From Eledone cirrhosa (lineage: Eukaryota), in assembly GCA_964016885.1 (NCBI GenBank), contig OZ024740.1, positions 200,384,001 to 200,448,000 of the forward strand: 64,000 nucleotides of DNA. The letters are read 5' to 3'. Under the pieces are notes generated by a model. The model made no database searches. It was not told the origin of the DNA and was given only the letters and a program-made list of their open reading frames with translations. The translations under genes were made by a program, and so were the position numbers. Positions 13,221-27,202 of the stretch are shown here, one piece after another. Within the stretch, counting starts at the first letter, position 1. The number at the start of each line of letters is the position of its first letter.

Positions 13221-14344
13221 CGGGGCCGACTTGCTATTATAGTGCAAATACTGGCTTAAGCTGCCATGCAGTGGGATCGAATTCGGGACCTCATAAGTGC
13301 GAAGCGACCTTCATACCCACCCAGCTGTACCTACATCCATACTATAATCCCAATGTTAACCATGATTGTTTTATAGTTTCTATGAAGTAACTACAACTAC
13401 TCTAATAGAGACAACATCACACACTGACACTGAGATTCGATTTTAAATCATTTTCAGGCGTTCAATTATATTTCTACCCCGAAGATCACAATACCCTGTA
13501 CTTTTCTTCATTTTACTGAAGCTAGGAAGTCTTAGAATAAAGAGAACGTAATATAATGTCATAAAACACTGTATTTAGTACTGTGTGACTCCCCTTCTTG
13601 AAAAATAATAAATATAACATATTTGTTAATCAAACAAAATGGATCTGTTTTGCAATTTCTCCCCAAAACTGTGTTGAATGGTAGCAATATTATTGACTTT
13701 TACATTGATTGATGATCGTTTCTACAGACGTCGCTCGCAATTATGCTACAATCATTTAAAACTTTTAACTAGTTTTTGAATAGTAATTAGGATTTTAATC
13801 TTACGAGAAATTTGATACATGTATAAAGATCAGAGGTGAAGAGACAGTATTTTGATTGTACTGAATTTGAGATTCTTCTATTATTGTACTATCTCACTCG
13901 CTCACTCTCTCACCCCAACTGTCTCTCTCTCCCTTCTCACTCTACTTGTCTATCTCTGAGAGAAACAATTACTTCTAGAAACTATCCAGAAAATAGCTGG
14001 AGGTTATTAGGTGTCACGTTTCTGAAATTTAAATGAATTTTCGACTAAATGAAATATTGATTTGTCATGGGTATTTATTATTATTATTGTTGTTGTTCTT
14101 ATCAGTTTGATTCTTTGCCAAATAAAAATATAATAGTAAAAGAACAACTATGAGCACGTGTCTACCAAACATTAACAGTTTCCCCATCATAAAATTAAAT
14201 ATATGCACACCAGTGCATAACAGAGTAAATATCGGATCGTTTAATATTTATTACTAGACGATAAACTTGAATCAACATAACTCCACATTGATTTCATTAG
14301 AATAAAGTTCACAAAATAGAATACGTTTTTGTTTTGTTATGAGA

Positions 14345-15320
14345 TGAAATCATTTCAACTGAAGGCACAACAGACATACTTCATATCTGGAATATTATTG
14401 AACCGATTTTTGCCGCAGCAGGAAATCATTCATTTGGAGATATTTACACAATTATTTCATGGCTTACCTCTATATAAGAAATTTCAAATAATCTTCTAAA
14501 TTCAACTTAGGAGATAACTGTGGTAATTTTGTAACTATCGGTAGCCATAACAAGTTGAGGTTTTATTGCTACTCAGAATACTTTAAAACTACTACCATGG
14601 ATTGAGTTATAATATTACGATTGCTTCATGGTCCCAGCAGAGAGAATGTCAAATGTGTTACCCCCGAGGATTAGAGAAAAGCGCTGAAAAAGCCAATTTA
14701 ACTCCGAAGATTTGTTTTTGCCGATAGCTATCTCCAAAGCAATCGAAATGAGTAAGGATATTTTCAGATAAATTAAATGAAATTCGGAGATTGCTGCGAC
14801 CAACAGACACTTAAACAAAGTTTGACAAATCTACCATAGTGATATAATGATTTATTATAAACGAACATATAAACGATTTTTGTAGTGTTAATTTTAAATG
14901 TACAGATGTCATTTTGGACGCAGCATGGTCCCATTATTAAAGAGCTGGTCAGGCAAGATTGACGTTACAGATATTATCACAGTGTGCAGCGTCTTTGGAT
15001 GTGTCATTTACCATATAGCCTCCCGTCGGCCCAAGTCTCATAAATGAATCGAGAAAGCATAAACAGTTTAAACCCATCAAATGGACTGTACGTGTAATTA
15101 AATGTCTAACATTATTACACACCTAATATATCCGAGTATTACTTTAAGGTTGCACGTGGCTGTAGAATACTCAGCAACTCACGTATCAATTTCACCTACA
15201 GACTGTTCTTATCGAACAAGTATAACATTCATCTTCGAATGCGACGGAGATCCATTTCATTTCAATGGTTTGCAGTTGTGTACGGTACTGTGTTTTACTT
15301 CTTCAAAACGTACAGGTAAC
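14345..15320 (+). pseudogene. Decayed class A GPCR pseudogene
   Basis: TM1 IIEPIFAAAGN (~14395-14425), TM3 MVPAERMSNVLPP (~14630-14665), TM5 IFVVLILN (~14880), TM6 RLTLQI/ITVCSVF/WMCHLPYS (~14957-15018) and TM7 ILSNSRINFTYRLFLSNKY (~15167-15225). Spacing fits a 7TM fold. Multiple stops and frameshifts. Confidence 0.6.
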
Positions 15321-16023
15321 TATGATACATCTTACTGTCATTTACATAATTTAGTAATACATTTTTGCAAAATTATTGGTCATTAAACCCTTCAGAGCTA
15401 ATACAGGGGACAATAACTATCAAAACGAATTATCTAAATCGTCTCTTCGGTCTTAGCTCACATGATATGATATTGCAATTATACACAGATACATAAACTT
15501 ATACGGTGAGAAAGGAGAAAGCTCCTATTGAGACAATACAATTATATATTGAAGAGCAATAGTGACAATGACCATAGAAATTGAGACATTTTAAACATTT
15601 TGTAATGGGACAACCAATTGTATCTAAAAGCTGATGCTCCTGGGAATCATACAACAAAAATATTATCCTTACTAAGAAATTGGAATGTAAAAAAAAAATT
15701 ACAAACATGCAATGGCAGAAGGAACATGAATAATCTGAAATAAGGAACTGGAAAAATAATCACAGAATATGTTACAATTTCAAGTATTATATCTATTAAC
15801 TTTAATTTATAGACCATAGAGAATATTGTTAAATAACTTAAATAAAAATATTCATGCTGCCATGAACATTTTTATAAGCCCTTTTACAGGCATGGAACGA
15901 TAAGTCCATTTACAGGCATGGAACATAAATCTCATTTTTTTTGTAATATCTAAAATAATATAAACAGTAACCACCCATAAATCTGTCACCTATTAACGTT
16001 TCATCGAGACTTTTGGATCCTAT

Positions 16024-16235
16024 AACTCCAGTGCCTCGTGACTCATGTGCCTTGTAGATCCAGTATTTCAGGGCTTCAGTGCTTAGTGATTTCAGTGGTC
16101 TTTGACACCAGCGTTCTTGACTCCAGAGATTTGTGGTTCTATTACCATGTGACCATAGTGCCCTGTGAACCTAGGGCCTTATGACCCCGCTACTACAGTG
16201 CCTCGGGATACTAGTACCCTGCAACCACTGTTCCT
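16024..16235 (+). repeat. Diverged 16-bp minisatellite (consensus about GACTCCAGTGCCTTGT, about 13 units)
   Basis: Units AACTCCAGTGCCTCGT, GACTCATGTGCCTTGT, GACCATAGTGCCCTGT and others keep a 16-nt phase. Confidence 0.8.
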
Positions 16236-17149
16236 GCTTTCAATGTATGAGGCTTCTGGAGGATACAAGTTACTCTGTACAAAATCAACCGAATCAACTA
16301 AATAAGTTTACTCTTAAAATTAATCACATGACTATGTCATCCCATTGATGTCGTTTCCCTCAAAACCACCCTGAGTGTGCAGATATGTGATGAAAGCATT
16401 ACGTTTATGATTATCTCGTAATTTTCTAAATTCTGGTGCAACCATAACCATATTATCCATTGTGTGGTTCTAAGGAGGTAGAGCGTGATTTGATGAATAT
16501 TTACGTTAATAATACCTGTGAAGCTACGCCTGGTTGTACAATATAACTACAACGAATCTAACATACCAATAATAGTAGTAAAAACAATAATATAGTATTT
16601 ATTTAGAGGTTATAAAAGCCTAAACATTAGGGTTATAAAAACAGGCGCAGGCATATATATATAGTTTTGAGTTAGTGTCGCTTCTGCGGTAGGATCCCAC
16701 TGGCGACTACAGAAGTCAAGGAGATGATGATGATGATGATGATGATATATATAGGAAAGTGGGATGGGTAATATCGGAACGGAACTTGGAAATCAGATAC
16801 GACATTTATTAAAATGAACATAACAAAAACTATCATCTCCGAAGGGGTAATATATCAATATATGTGGAAAATCAGAGCACCCAACCACTCCAAGTGCTCC
16901 GTTTTCATTTTCTATTGCAGTATGTGTTATCAGCATTGACCATTGACCATCTTTCGTTTTCTGAACCACGAGAATTCTCAGATCTCTTAATCGTAGATCA
17001 ACTGCCAATATGACTTTCACCAACAATCTATCATATTTGGATTCTAATAACCTTGCCAACCACAACAACATTTGTTGTCCTATTCTTAATCTATTTAGAC
17101 TTCTCATCAGATTATGGTTGTTACTTCCAACAATTATGTAGTTGCCCCA

Positions 17150-19362
17150 GGAGATGGCTTTTACTACACGAGTGATACCCATTAACCTCCTGTTTTTATT
17201 CTGGGACTATTAGTTTTTCACGACAGCTTTCATTTTCTATTTTCTTCGATTATGTCCCATTCCTTTTTCAGAGCTGCCTCCAGGGTGAAACCCGTACTCT
17301 TCATCAGCCAGTTGGACTCCAGAATCTCCCTGCATCACTTTGTCAGACTCTTAGCATGGACATTTCTGGGGAGGCCTAACAAGGAAATTCGTCTGTAATT
17401 GGAACAATCTCTCTTGTCTCCCTTTTTTCAAAACTGGGATTATCACTCCCGATTGCTATTGTTTAGCTGCCTCTTGAGTGACCCAAATCACCTGGTACAC
17501 ACGAGTCAGCCAGAGAACACCTTCTCTATTTAGGGCGTTTAAAATCTTGGACCTGATTTCATCTTCCCCTGCGGCCTTACTACATGTAACTGCTCCTGTG
17601 ATATCAGCACCCGAGGGATTAGTCACCGCTCCCAGATGCACCTCGTGTCATCAGAATATGCTGTTATGATCGAGCAGATCAGTAAAGTCGTGAGGATGCA
17701 CTTATCTGACGGGAGGAGAACACCAGACGCGTTTTTGATAGCGAGTGTGAAGGGGGGCTTCGTATTACGAAGTAGATGCATAGTCTGCCAGAAGACTTTA
17801 TTTACTAATCTGAAGTCAGATTACAACTTAACCCCCAACTTCTCACATGGACGTCTTTACTGTCTCGCTGCAATTTATCGGGCCTGTTTGTACTGCAAGT
17901 GCAAAAAGGTAGACTTATTTCCAAACAAAGCTTTATAAACCTCCTTCTTTACTCGGATGGAATCTTTGACCTCTTGATTGGACCTAGGGTCCCTCCTATC
18001 ATCCGGGGCTGCACCAAGCCTTTTTCACTCGCAGCATTTAACAGCTGAAGCAGAAACTGCTGCTCTGAACAATACCCACTTTGTCTCAACGTCCTCTGTT
18101 TGTTCAGGGAGATTTTTTTAATTTGAATTCATACCTGGCCCTAAGATCCTTATCCACCAATGCTTCCCACTTCGCGGCAGAGTTGTTCTGCTAGAGAATG
18201 GGTCGCAGGTGGCGCACAGTGAAACTGCCAGGTATGGTGGCTATATGCCTTATAGGCTGGACGAATAAGCAACCCCGAACTAAAAGCGGTAATTTACTAG
18301 GGGAGATGGGACAATGAGTGGCACCTGTAGCTTCCAAGAAAACTCTCAGAACCAAGTGACCTGGTTACGGCAAGACGAGTAAAGGTCGCCTCTATAAAAC
18401 CCAAGTCTTCGCGGGTTTGACAATGTACTAATTTGGTGACTGGCGCGAATAAAACAACCGAAACTGAAACTGGAATATGATGGGGAGAAATAAAACGAAA
18501 TATACTGCATCGTCTTTCGCGTGGATTAGCAAGAGACGTGTTCAGCCCTTAGTTAGAGGGGCCTGCTCGAAATTTATATTGAAGTCTCCATTTCATGGTG
18601 CAAAAACAGGTAATGGGCCTGTGTCCTATCCTGGGAGGCGTGGGATGGACGCACAAAGATTGCATATTATTCAAAGATGATCCGGAAGGGAGCAATCATT
18701 GACAGTTGGAACTTGGAATATCACAACCCTTACAGGTAAGGAGCAGGAACTAGTGGAGAGGGCCAAATCGTATCGGCTAGATAATTGAGGTTTCCTCAAC
18801 AAAGTTCCGTGATACTGTAGATTTGTATAAAAGATGGAAACTCCAATATTCAAGTGTGGAGCCAGAAATGACTCAAAAGCTCGCAGTGGGAATACTCACA
18901 AGCCCCCGACTGTCACAATTTGTTATGGACAGGATCACTTAATGGAGTCACAGCAGCGTTAGATGTAGTTAAAACTGAGTCATACATCGTGATGGAAGAC
19001 TTCAATGCACATGTTGTCACTGACCACCTGACCTGGAAAGCAGTGTTTCGAAGGAATGGTGACGCTAATCGAAATACAAATGGAGAGACTTTACTAGACT
19101 TATGTTCTGGCAATTGACTCTCTATTATGAACACCTTCTTCCAGCATAGACATCCCTAATTACACCTGGTATAAGGGCAATCGTCCGACAGTTGCCCGCT
19201 TATATCGCCACTAGCCACCAATAATTGATTCAGTGCTGTTTTCTTTGGGTTAAGAGAGGGGATGAGCTGTCGACTGATACCCATCTAGTTATCTGCAACT
19301 TCAGACTACCTAAAGCTAAAGTAGCCATCAACACTGGCAGGTCCAGGGCGACATACAGGATC
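17150..19362. mobile_element. RTE-clade LINE with inverted 5' half: endonuclease on + (about 18180-19362), linker and RT N-terminus on - (18172-17150)
   Basis: Plus strand: LTVGTWNITTLTGKEQELV, IVMEDFNAHV, NGETLLDLC, IMNTFFQH. Minus strand: KWEALVDKD..., KAAGEDEI, VIIPVLKKGDKRDCSNYRRISLL. Confidence 0.85.
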
Positions 19363-19957
19363 TAATATGTTTGTAACAGTAAAAGTTCAAACGATAAAAA
19401 ACTAGGCTTCTATAACAAGAAGCAATTGTATATAGAAAAAACACCAGAGGAATATATATAAACATATACGCTTATATATGTTAAAATATGTATACATGAT
19501 TATAGAGAAATACTTATATATGTACACATAAACACACACACACACGCACATGTGTGTGTGTGTGTGCATGTGTGTCGTGTGTGTGTGTGTGTGTGTGTAT
19601 ACATATATATAGATATGTTTCTATACCTATATAAACATACATATATGTGTATTCGTATGTTCACTGTAAATAAAACAACATAAGAAAAAAAGTCAACGCA
19701 GAACTTCAAAGGAAGGTGGTGATGTTATAACAATATACAGTGAAGCACATTCCAAACAGATCATTACTCTACAAAAACCAAAAGGCCAATGCTTAAACAT
19801 AAAATATCAACGTTCCGTAGGAATCTGAAAGTTCATTTGAAAATAGAAAGCGGTGGACGAAAAGGTAACGGTATATAAAAAAAAAATACATTATATTCTT
19901 ACTCACAAACATCCATACGAACGTACGCACAAACACACATACCATACAAGCAGATAT

Positions 19958-20026
<69 letters not shown>

Positions 20027-20182
20027 GATACATTCAGTTATATACAGAGAAATATATATTCGTACAATTAAATAGTATAAGAATTTATATCATAGACATC
20101 GTGGCCGAATCTCTTCATGCATCTCTTGATGCACGAGGTCTTACTCTGATTTGAGGGCTTCCGTGTCCCCGTATTGCATACA

Positions 20183-20254
<72 letters not shown>

Positions 20255-20347
20255 GTAGAACTCTGGAAGATAATATCCTTAGTAGTAGAGCACTTAGTCC
20301 ATGGGACGAGTTTGGTAGAAGCAGCAACAAAACAGTTAGTTCACCAT

Positions 20348-20390
20348 ACTGAGAACAATTGTTTCACCATATGCGGATCTTCAGCTCGGA
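20348..20390 (-). ncRNA. Minimal type I hammerhead ribozyme (same family as 4154-4196)
   Basis: The minus strand reads TCCGAG-CTGAAGA-TCCGCATATGGT-GAAA-CAATTG-TT-CTCAGT, with palindromic stem III CAATTG. It lies in a ~150-bp unit between (TA)n and (CA)n tracts. Confidence 0.75.
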
Positions 20391-20404
20391 CTGAGTCTAC
20401 TACT

Positions 20405-20533
<129 letters not shown>

Positions 20534-21221
20534 ATAGGAAAATAGTCAAGACCCCGAACTATTTTCCTATTACCCACTCAACTACCCTAAGTATTGAGTA
20601 CTCTGGTGCGTAAGTAAATATAACAAGAGACACTAACATTTTTGTGCGCTTAATATTTTCAAAATCTACCGTTTATTTTGCATTATCGTAGCTTTAAAAA
20701 AACGCAACGTTATGCACTAACACAATGCATCAAGCAAACTACATCTTCATGTGTATTTTTAACAAGCAGTTTTCTTTCAGCTCTAATACATTATATCCAG
20801 TATTTTGGTCAGATACATAATAATTATATATACATAACAAAGTAAAACTAGGGAAAAAGACGAACGTGCATACAAACACATTTATACATGCACCAAACTT
20901 AGACATGCAGAAATGTATATGTTTTGCTTAGCGTTTACATAAAATTATAATGTTTTCACACTTTCCTACACTGACAAATGAAATAAACAATCAAAACTCT
21001 ATATTACTTTTCTCATTTGTCGTGTATATACAAATTTCGATATTTTTTCTACGATGAAATACTAATGTTAATATTTGTACATGTTTATATACTCAATGTG
21101 GAAATACAAACATTTAAACAGTATTGGTTTATGTTGTGCTGTATATATAGAATTATTTATCTCATAAATGTTATTTTTTCTAACACATTACTTTTCCTAC
21201 TGTTACTCACAGTGATAAATA

Positions 21222-21416
21222 TACGAGGGACGGCGGAAACGTTCATAGGATGAATATGATGGATTGATACTAGAGTTGTGAAATCTTGCATGCATTAATT
21301 TCAAATCTTATTATTATTGTTTCTTTCCTGGGACTATGTTGGAGAATAAACCTCATTTGGAGATTCCATGAGAGTATATTTGTCAGCCTATACACTTTTC
21401 AGTCGAATCCAGTGTA
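21222..21416. mobile_element. Probable Tc1/mariner-type MITE (old)
   Basis: Starts TA-CGAGGG...GTTCATAGG and ends CCTATACACTTTTCAG...GTGTA, giving imperfect terminal inverted repeats with TA ends. Confidence 0.4.
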
Positions 21417-21893
21417 TATGCGCATTTACCTTTTTAATGGCACTTGTACAGTTGTATTCTATAATGTGCTTAATATTATGGTCAGAGCTAAAACTCATCG
21501 GAGCATATACGTAGCCGATCTTTCTGTCTTCTCACGAAGAGCTGGCGGTATAAAGTAATATAAAGTGTGGTGTGTTAATGCACGGAGAACCTATAAAATA
21601 GCTTATAAATAGGGTTAAAATCGGAAAAACACTTAAAGTTGGAAAAAGAAGTATCCATCAACCACTACGAAGAATAGAACCTCGTATCTTCCAGATGCTG
21701 ATCTTTATGTTCGTGAGTAAAAATATACCCAGCAACTCTTACCGTCTTAAATTAAATAATTTCCCTGAAAAAGGCTACGTTTAAGTTTGTTTAAATTTAA
21801 AAGCTGTGGTTCAGCTACCTAATTTAAAACGGAAAAAAGTTGCCACAATTCCTTGGTAACAAGGAGATACTAGGTCCAGTTCCTCGTAACGGT

Positions 21894-21955
<62 letters not shown>

Positions 21956-22704
21956 AAATTTAACACGAACTAGTCCTTTAGTGAACACGAAAATTGAACT
22001 CATTAATACATTAATATCTGATAACCGATAACTGGAAGAAACGACATTTTAATCGCGAAGCTCCGGAACAAAGAGTAATCTCTGTAACATAAGGGATTCT
22101 AATTGAGGCATAATTCAAGCAATTTCGTGATACGGGGAAAATCGATAAAATAGGTCCTAGTATCTGATAGTACCATACGTATATTGGAAGGATGAATAGC
22201 AAGGTCTACCTCGGCGGGATTTCAACTCAGAGTGTAAAAAGCATGAACAAATATTGGAGTGAAGACTAAATACAAATAAGACATTAAATACATAGCATAA
22301 TCTACTTTGTTATTGAGCATTATTCCATCATGTTCGCAAGATCAAATGTAAGTCTATATACAAACAGATCTAGTGAATAATTTATCACGTTACTAATATA
22401 CGGCTTTTACTGTACAACCAATTACTCCACCTTTTTCATGAAATATATAACTATCAATTATATCAATATCAATCAAAATAATTTTAAGAATTGACCGCCT
22501 ATAAACAATAAAATGCGTGAATGATAATATTAAAGACACACTTAAATGTCTAAAGGCTTGACGAGCATTAGTCATGCATTTTAAGTTGTTTCACTTCATT
22601 TTTAGCAGAAATATTATTGGTGAATACACGAACCAGATGAACACTACATTCCTGAAGAATTAAGTTCTTGAATATGTCGTTTTGAGTTCTTGAACCGTAA
22701 ATTA

Positions 22705-25380
22705 TATGGAGTGGGTGATTTATGTTTTGCTTCGCAGCTTGTAATGTACTGACATGAACAATGTATATAAGGAAAGGAAAAAGGCTCCCATTGGTCATGA
22801 ATGGAGATCGGTTCTGCACCCAAGACTGACTTATCACAGATGTGCAGCTACGAGGAATGAGCATCGGCTCAGTGCATGCCAGTAATCCCTCTCCACGCCA
22901 CCAATCTTGACCAAACGAAAAGCACTGTGCACCACCGCCATCGCAACTAGGGTTTCCAGGTCAGAGGACTGGACCAACATAAAGTAAAGTATCTTGCTCA
23001 AGAACACAACACGTTCCAGGAATTGCTGACCTTACAATCACGGATCTAAGACATTAACCCGTAAGCTACACTTATAAACACTATTGAAAATTTATCAGTT
23101 ACAGAGTTCTTGTTTCGGGAGAACAACTCTTTAATATATGAAAGAAAACAATGAGACAAAATACGCCAGACGAGAAGCAAAATCAAAACAAATCACTAAC
23201 AAAGTTTCTAGAAATGTGTCCTTATATGGTGTAGCAATATACAAAAAATCATAGACAAGATTCTCATGTAGTACTATTTAAAATGTCCTAGACCAGGGTG
23301 AATTACCTATAAGATATTTTATCTGTTTCATCCGAAGTCTATGGCCATATTGACAATATGATTTACAAATGTATGTATCCGGGTTTCGGTAAGGAAGCAT
23401 ATACATCAGCCGTACGATCCGAGACATGTATACATCAGTGTAACAAGAATATTCGAGAATATTATTGTTACACTGATTGCCCTCCTTCTCGACAACTACG
23501 CACTTTCTGCCTCCTTTGGTCGGCACGAATCAATTGGTATCGTAGTACTGCCTCAAAAAAGCTCTAGACATGCCGTAGGCACGGTCAGTCAGTGGTTCTG
23601 CGCCCACACAAACATGATAGCGGGGTTGATTTTAGATAAGTGATGATTTATTCCCCATTGGGGAATAAATAGTGGATCTGCAAAATGAGTCTAGCTTCTA
23701 TACGGTCTCTACGGTCTCTCTGCATATATGAACTGCCAATAGATTAGAAGTATTCTGATTTGTGTGAGACAGGTGCAACTGCTCTGCTTTAGTGGATGTG
23801 GACAAGAAAAAAATGATTTATGATCCGTAACGTTATTTGTATTATTTGTTTACATACAAAAGCACACAAGTATAGTCGTCTTCTGAAAGTCTGCACTGAA
23901 CCTGCTGACATATCAAAGGAGATCAGAAAGTCAGTTGCTACCATCATTAGCAACATTATCATCACGGGGACCCAAAAAGTTGACACCAGTACAACAATAA
24001 AAGAGAATGTATAACTTCACTAAGCATAAAGAATGTGATGGAATGTTTGGTGCAAATCGCAAATACTGAAGATAGAGTATCTAATGAAATAAAATAGACA
24101 GATCCTGTTATAGTCGTGACACAAAAACATCTTTAGTGTTAGATATTATCATTCATGATTTTAATCTATATATAAATGTAATATGGATGAACTGTTTTCT
24201 TTGTCTCCCTCCTGTATGTGTGACTCATGTTTCTTCTTTTCAAAGATCTATTATATAACTTCTATCAATACTATTTCTTTAACATTGCGATTATCGTGAT
24301 TATGTTATAGTAGATAGACATATTATAAATTATTTCCTTCTACCAACACCTGATACTTTGGAATATTCGTATTTCAGTCTCACAACGAGTGCGAGAACGA
24401 AATTGTTTAGCTCCTGGGATTCATAACGAATTCTAAGCTCTTGTTTGCCAGTTGATATTACATTTCAAAAGAGAATGACACGTCAAAGGGGTAATTTCTA
24501 ACTGCTATTTCCATAACAAGGGATGCAAAATGGCTGAATAGTTAAGGCGACTTCCTTACAATCATGAACTCCCTGGTTCGATCCCACGTCATGCCAGCTT
24601 GGTAAAGTGTCATTTATCAAGACCTGCGGTTGACCTACGTCCAATGGATGATATTGTGTAGATACAAATTGTATGGTAGCCTGATGGAAGAATAGTGTCT
24701 CTAACTCAGAGGCTCAATTTTGTCACAAACTGTATGATGCTTACGTGGGTCGGGAATTAGGCTATCACTATATACGTATGTGAAATATTCAGCGAAAAAC
24801 ATTTTAGTTCATGAATAAGCCATTGACGTAAGCAAACGACTGAATATGTATTGTCAAAACTGGCATGGGAAGCATCAGCATCATCTAAACACTTTATGTG
24901 TCAACAAAAGCAGTATAGGCGAAGATTTAAGAGGTTTCATTTCATAATCTCGAAAGTGAAATTGTGTGGATATAAACAATATGGAAGTATGACGTATGGA
25001 TTACATCTGAAATTAAAAAGCCGGTATTGTCATGTTGAATCACCTTGGGAATTATAACATAATTACACGTGTCTGTGGAATGCTCAGTCACGTAGCTGAA
25101 TTGGCAAAGGCGTTATAGTGTCAAATAGAATATATCATGTTATTTGTTCCGATTTTCTGCTTTTTGGTTTCAAATCGCACCGAGGTTAAATTTGGTTTTC
25201 CTTCTTTTGTGGTCGTCACTTTAGTAATTATATGGAGATGGTAATTCATGCTTTGCTTCGCAGCCTGTAATGTACTGGCATGAACAATGTATATAAGGAA
25301 AGTAAAAAGGCTCCCATTGGTCACGAATGGACATAGGTTCTGCAGCCAAGACTAATTTACCACAGATTTGCAGCTAAGTT
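22705..25380. repeat. Dispersed ~150-bp direct repeat (22705-22850 and 25222-25378)
   Basis: Shared TTGCTTCGCAGC..GTAATGTACTG.CATGAACAATGTATATAAGGAAAG.AAAAAGGCTCCCATTGGTCA. Confidence 0.85.
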
Positions 25381-26530
25381 TTTGCGGCTCAGGTTTTGTG
25401 GAAGACCAGCGGTCAGCGATGCATGCCAGTCCATAGTGGTGGGTGGGTAAACTTATAAGTGCCGAGTTGATGGCTTGCAGTATCTATGCTAGGACCTTGC
25501 GTAGTTCTGTGGTCAACATCCAACTAAAGTTACAAATCACCCTGGTGGCCAGGGCAAGCCACCCAACCACGACAGTGAATTATAAGAGCTACGATGAATC
25601 GAATATCTGGCGCCTATTTGAAACAATTATAATGTCTTATTCCATTAAAAGAATGGTGGTGAAACCCAAAACTGAAAGGAAAGACAGCAAATAATTCCAC
25701 GTAAATCAAACAACATATGCAATTGATATCTTTTCACATATAAACTTTCAGTAAAAACAAATTGTCATTTTGAATCCTATAGCATTTCTCGTTAGTGTTT
25801 AGTTGGATATATTATTATATTATGAAGAACATATTCCGTTTAGAAAAAAATGAATGTGTAGAAATATTAAATATTTTCTAAAATGTTTTTACTTATTACC
25901 TAGGTTATTTATTAAGAGCTGCTATCTCTGACTGTGTCGAAAGAAAAACGCCAGAAGGTTACTGGTGCAGTAAAAAACAGACATAAAGTAGCAACCACTC
26001 ACAAATACACATCAGAATCATGTCTACGTGTATACAATTATACAAAGAAACTAAATCGAGGGTTTTTAAGATGAAAAGGATGAAGTATTATAGTTGGTTT
26101 ACATAAGTGGCTTCTGTGTTTATTACAAACTCTAATGTTATTGTTCAAGAGAAAAGATAGTTACTTGAATCGGAATGCAAACAAATAAATCTATTATAAT
26201 CATAACAATTTCCATGACAGTATAACGTAATCGAAAGAATAAAATAATTGTTTGGATAAAATGCAAGGTGAAATAAAGAAACGAATCCAGTCTGTCGAAT
26301 TATTTATAGATACAAAAAGAGCAAGCAGTAATACGCGAGAATGGTACGTGTCTGTCTCAATGATAGGAAAAAGTGTGTTTATTTCACTAGAATCTCCTTT
26401 TTCAGAAAATGAATGTTTTATTTTTGAAATTGTTTTCATAACAAATTGCTTATACAAATATATTCGTCTTTTAAACAACTTTTCTGACCCCGCAGACACA
26501 CCTAGAGAAAGGAGGAATATATTTGCTATT
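23815..26530. repeat. Two diverged copies of a dispersed repeat (about 23815-23960 and 26400-26530)
   Basis: ACAAGTATAGTCGTCTTCTGAAAGTCTGCACTGAACCTGCTGACA vs ACAAATATATTCGTCTTTTAAACAACTTTTCTGACCCCGCAGACA. This explains the similar ORFs on both strands. Confidence 0.6.
24520..24690 (+). mobile_element. tRNA-derived SINE, second family
   Basis: A box TGGCTGAATAGTT and B box GGTTCGATCCC in a tRNA-like head, followed by a non-tRNA body. Confidence 0.6.
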
Positions 26531-26756
26531 ATGATTATCATTATTGACTTCAACATTGTCGTCATTATTATTATCATTATCTTTAACCATTATTACCAAC
26601 ACCATTGCTTTCGTCACTGCCATCTTTGCTGGGATCACTGGGATTACATCAACAACAACAACATAAACGGCAGTGATTGTAGCAACAGCGATGACGTAAT
26701 GATTTTCTCGCTCAGCGTATTTTAAAATCGTCATATCTATGATTTGCAGAATGTTG

Positions 26757-27202
26757 ACTAGACCTGAAAAATACGCAAGCTCAAAAGAGCCACAGAGTGT
26801 TATAATAAACCTTCAAAAGTGTTGGACTAGAGTTGTTGTTAAAAAATATTGTAATCATTATCTATCGTATACTCTGTGGCATCCGTTTATAAAAAAGAGA
26901 CTCATAACGAACTGAAGACGACACGATAATTATTTAAGCTAATGTTCAATATCTCATATTAGATGTTTAGTAATGATTAATACGAAATGCACTTAAACCG
27001 AATTATATATTATAAATTCACTTAAATAATTATCGTGTCGTCTTGAGTTCGTTATGAGTCTCTTTTTTATAAAAGGATGCCACAGAGTGTACGATAGATA
27101 ATTATTACAATATTTTTGAGCAACAACTCTAGTCCCCGACTTTTGAAGGTTTATTATAACATTATGTGGCTCTTTTGAGCTTGCACATTTTTCAGGTCTA
27201 GT
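26757..27202. mobile_element. MITE-like foldback with ~180-bp terminal inverted repeats
   Basis: ACTAGACCTGAAAAAT... / ...ATTTTTCAGGTCTAGT; arms 26757-26938 and 27021-27202, with an AT-rich spacer of about 80 bp. Confidence 0.85.

Noticed and set aside
16024-16235. Possible CRISPR array
   Set aside because: The units are contiguous with no unique spacers, there are no cas genes, and the context is eukaryotic.
24520-24595. tRNA gene
   Set aside because: It has A/B boxes but no closable cloverleaf or acceptor stem, and it continues into a repeat body, so it is treated as a SINE head.
23789-26725. Paralogous hydrophobic ORFs as exons of a duplicated gene
   Set aside because: The similarity is at nucleotide level on both strands, runs into ATC/AAC simple repeats and has no evident splice or domain signal. 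It is better explained as a dispersed repeat.
26905-27000. CTGAAGA...GAAA inside the MITE-like foldback as a hammerhead
   Set aside because: No pairing for stems I, II or III, and the mirrored arm reads CTCAAGA.
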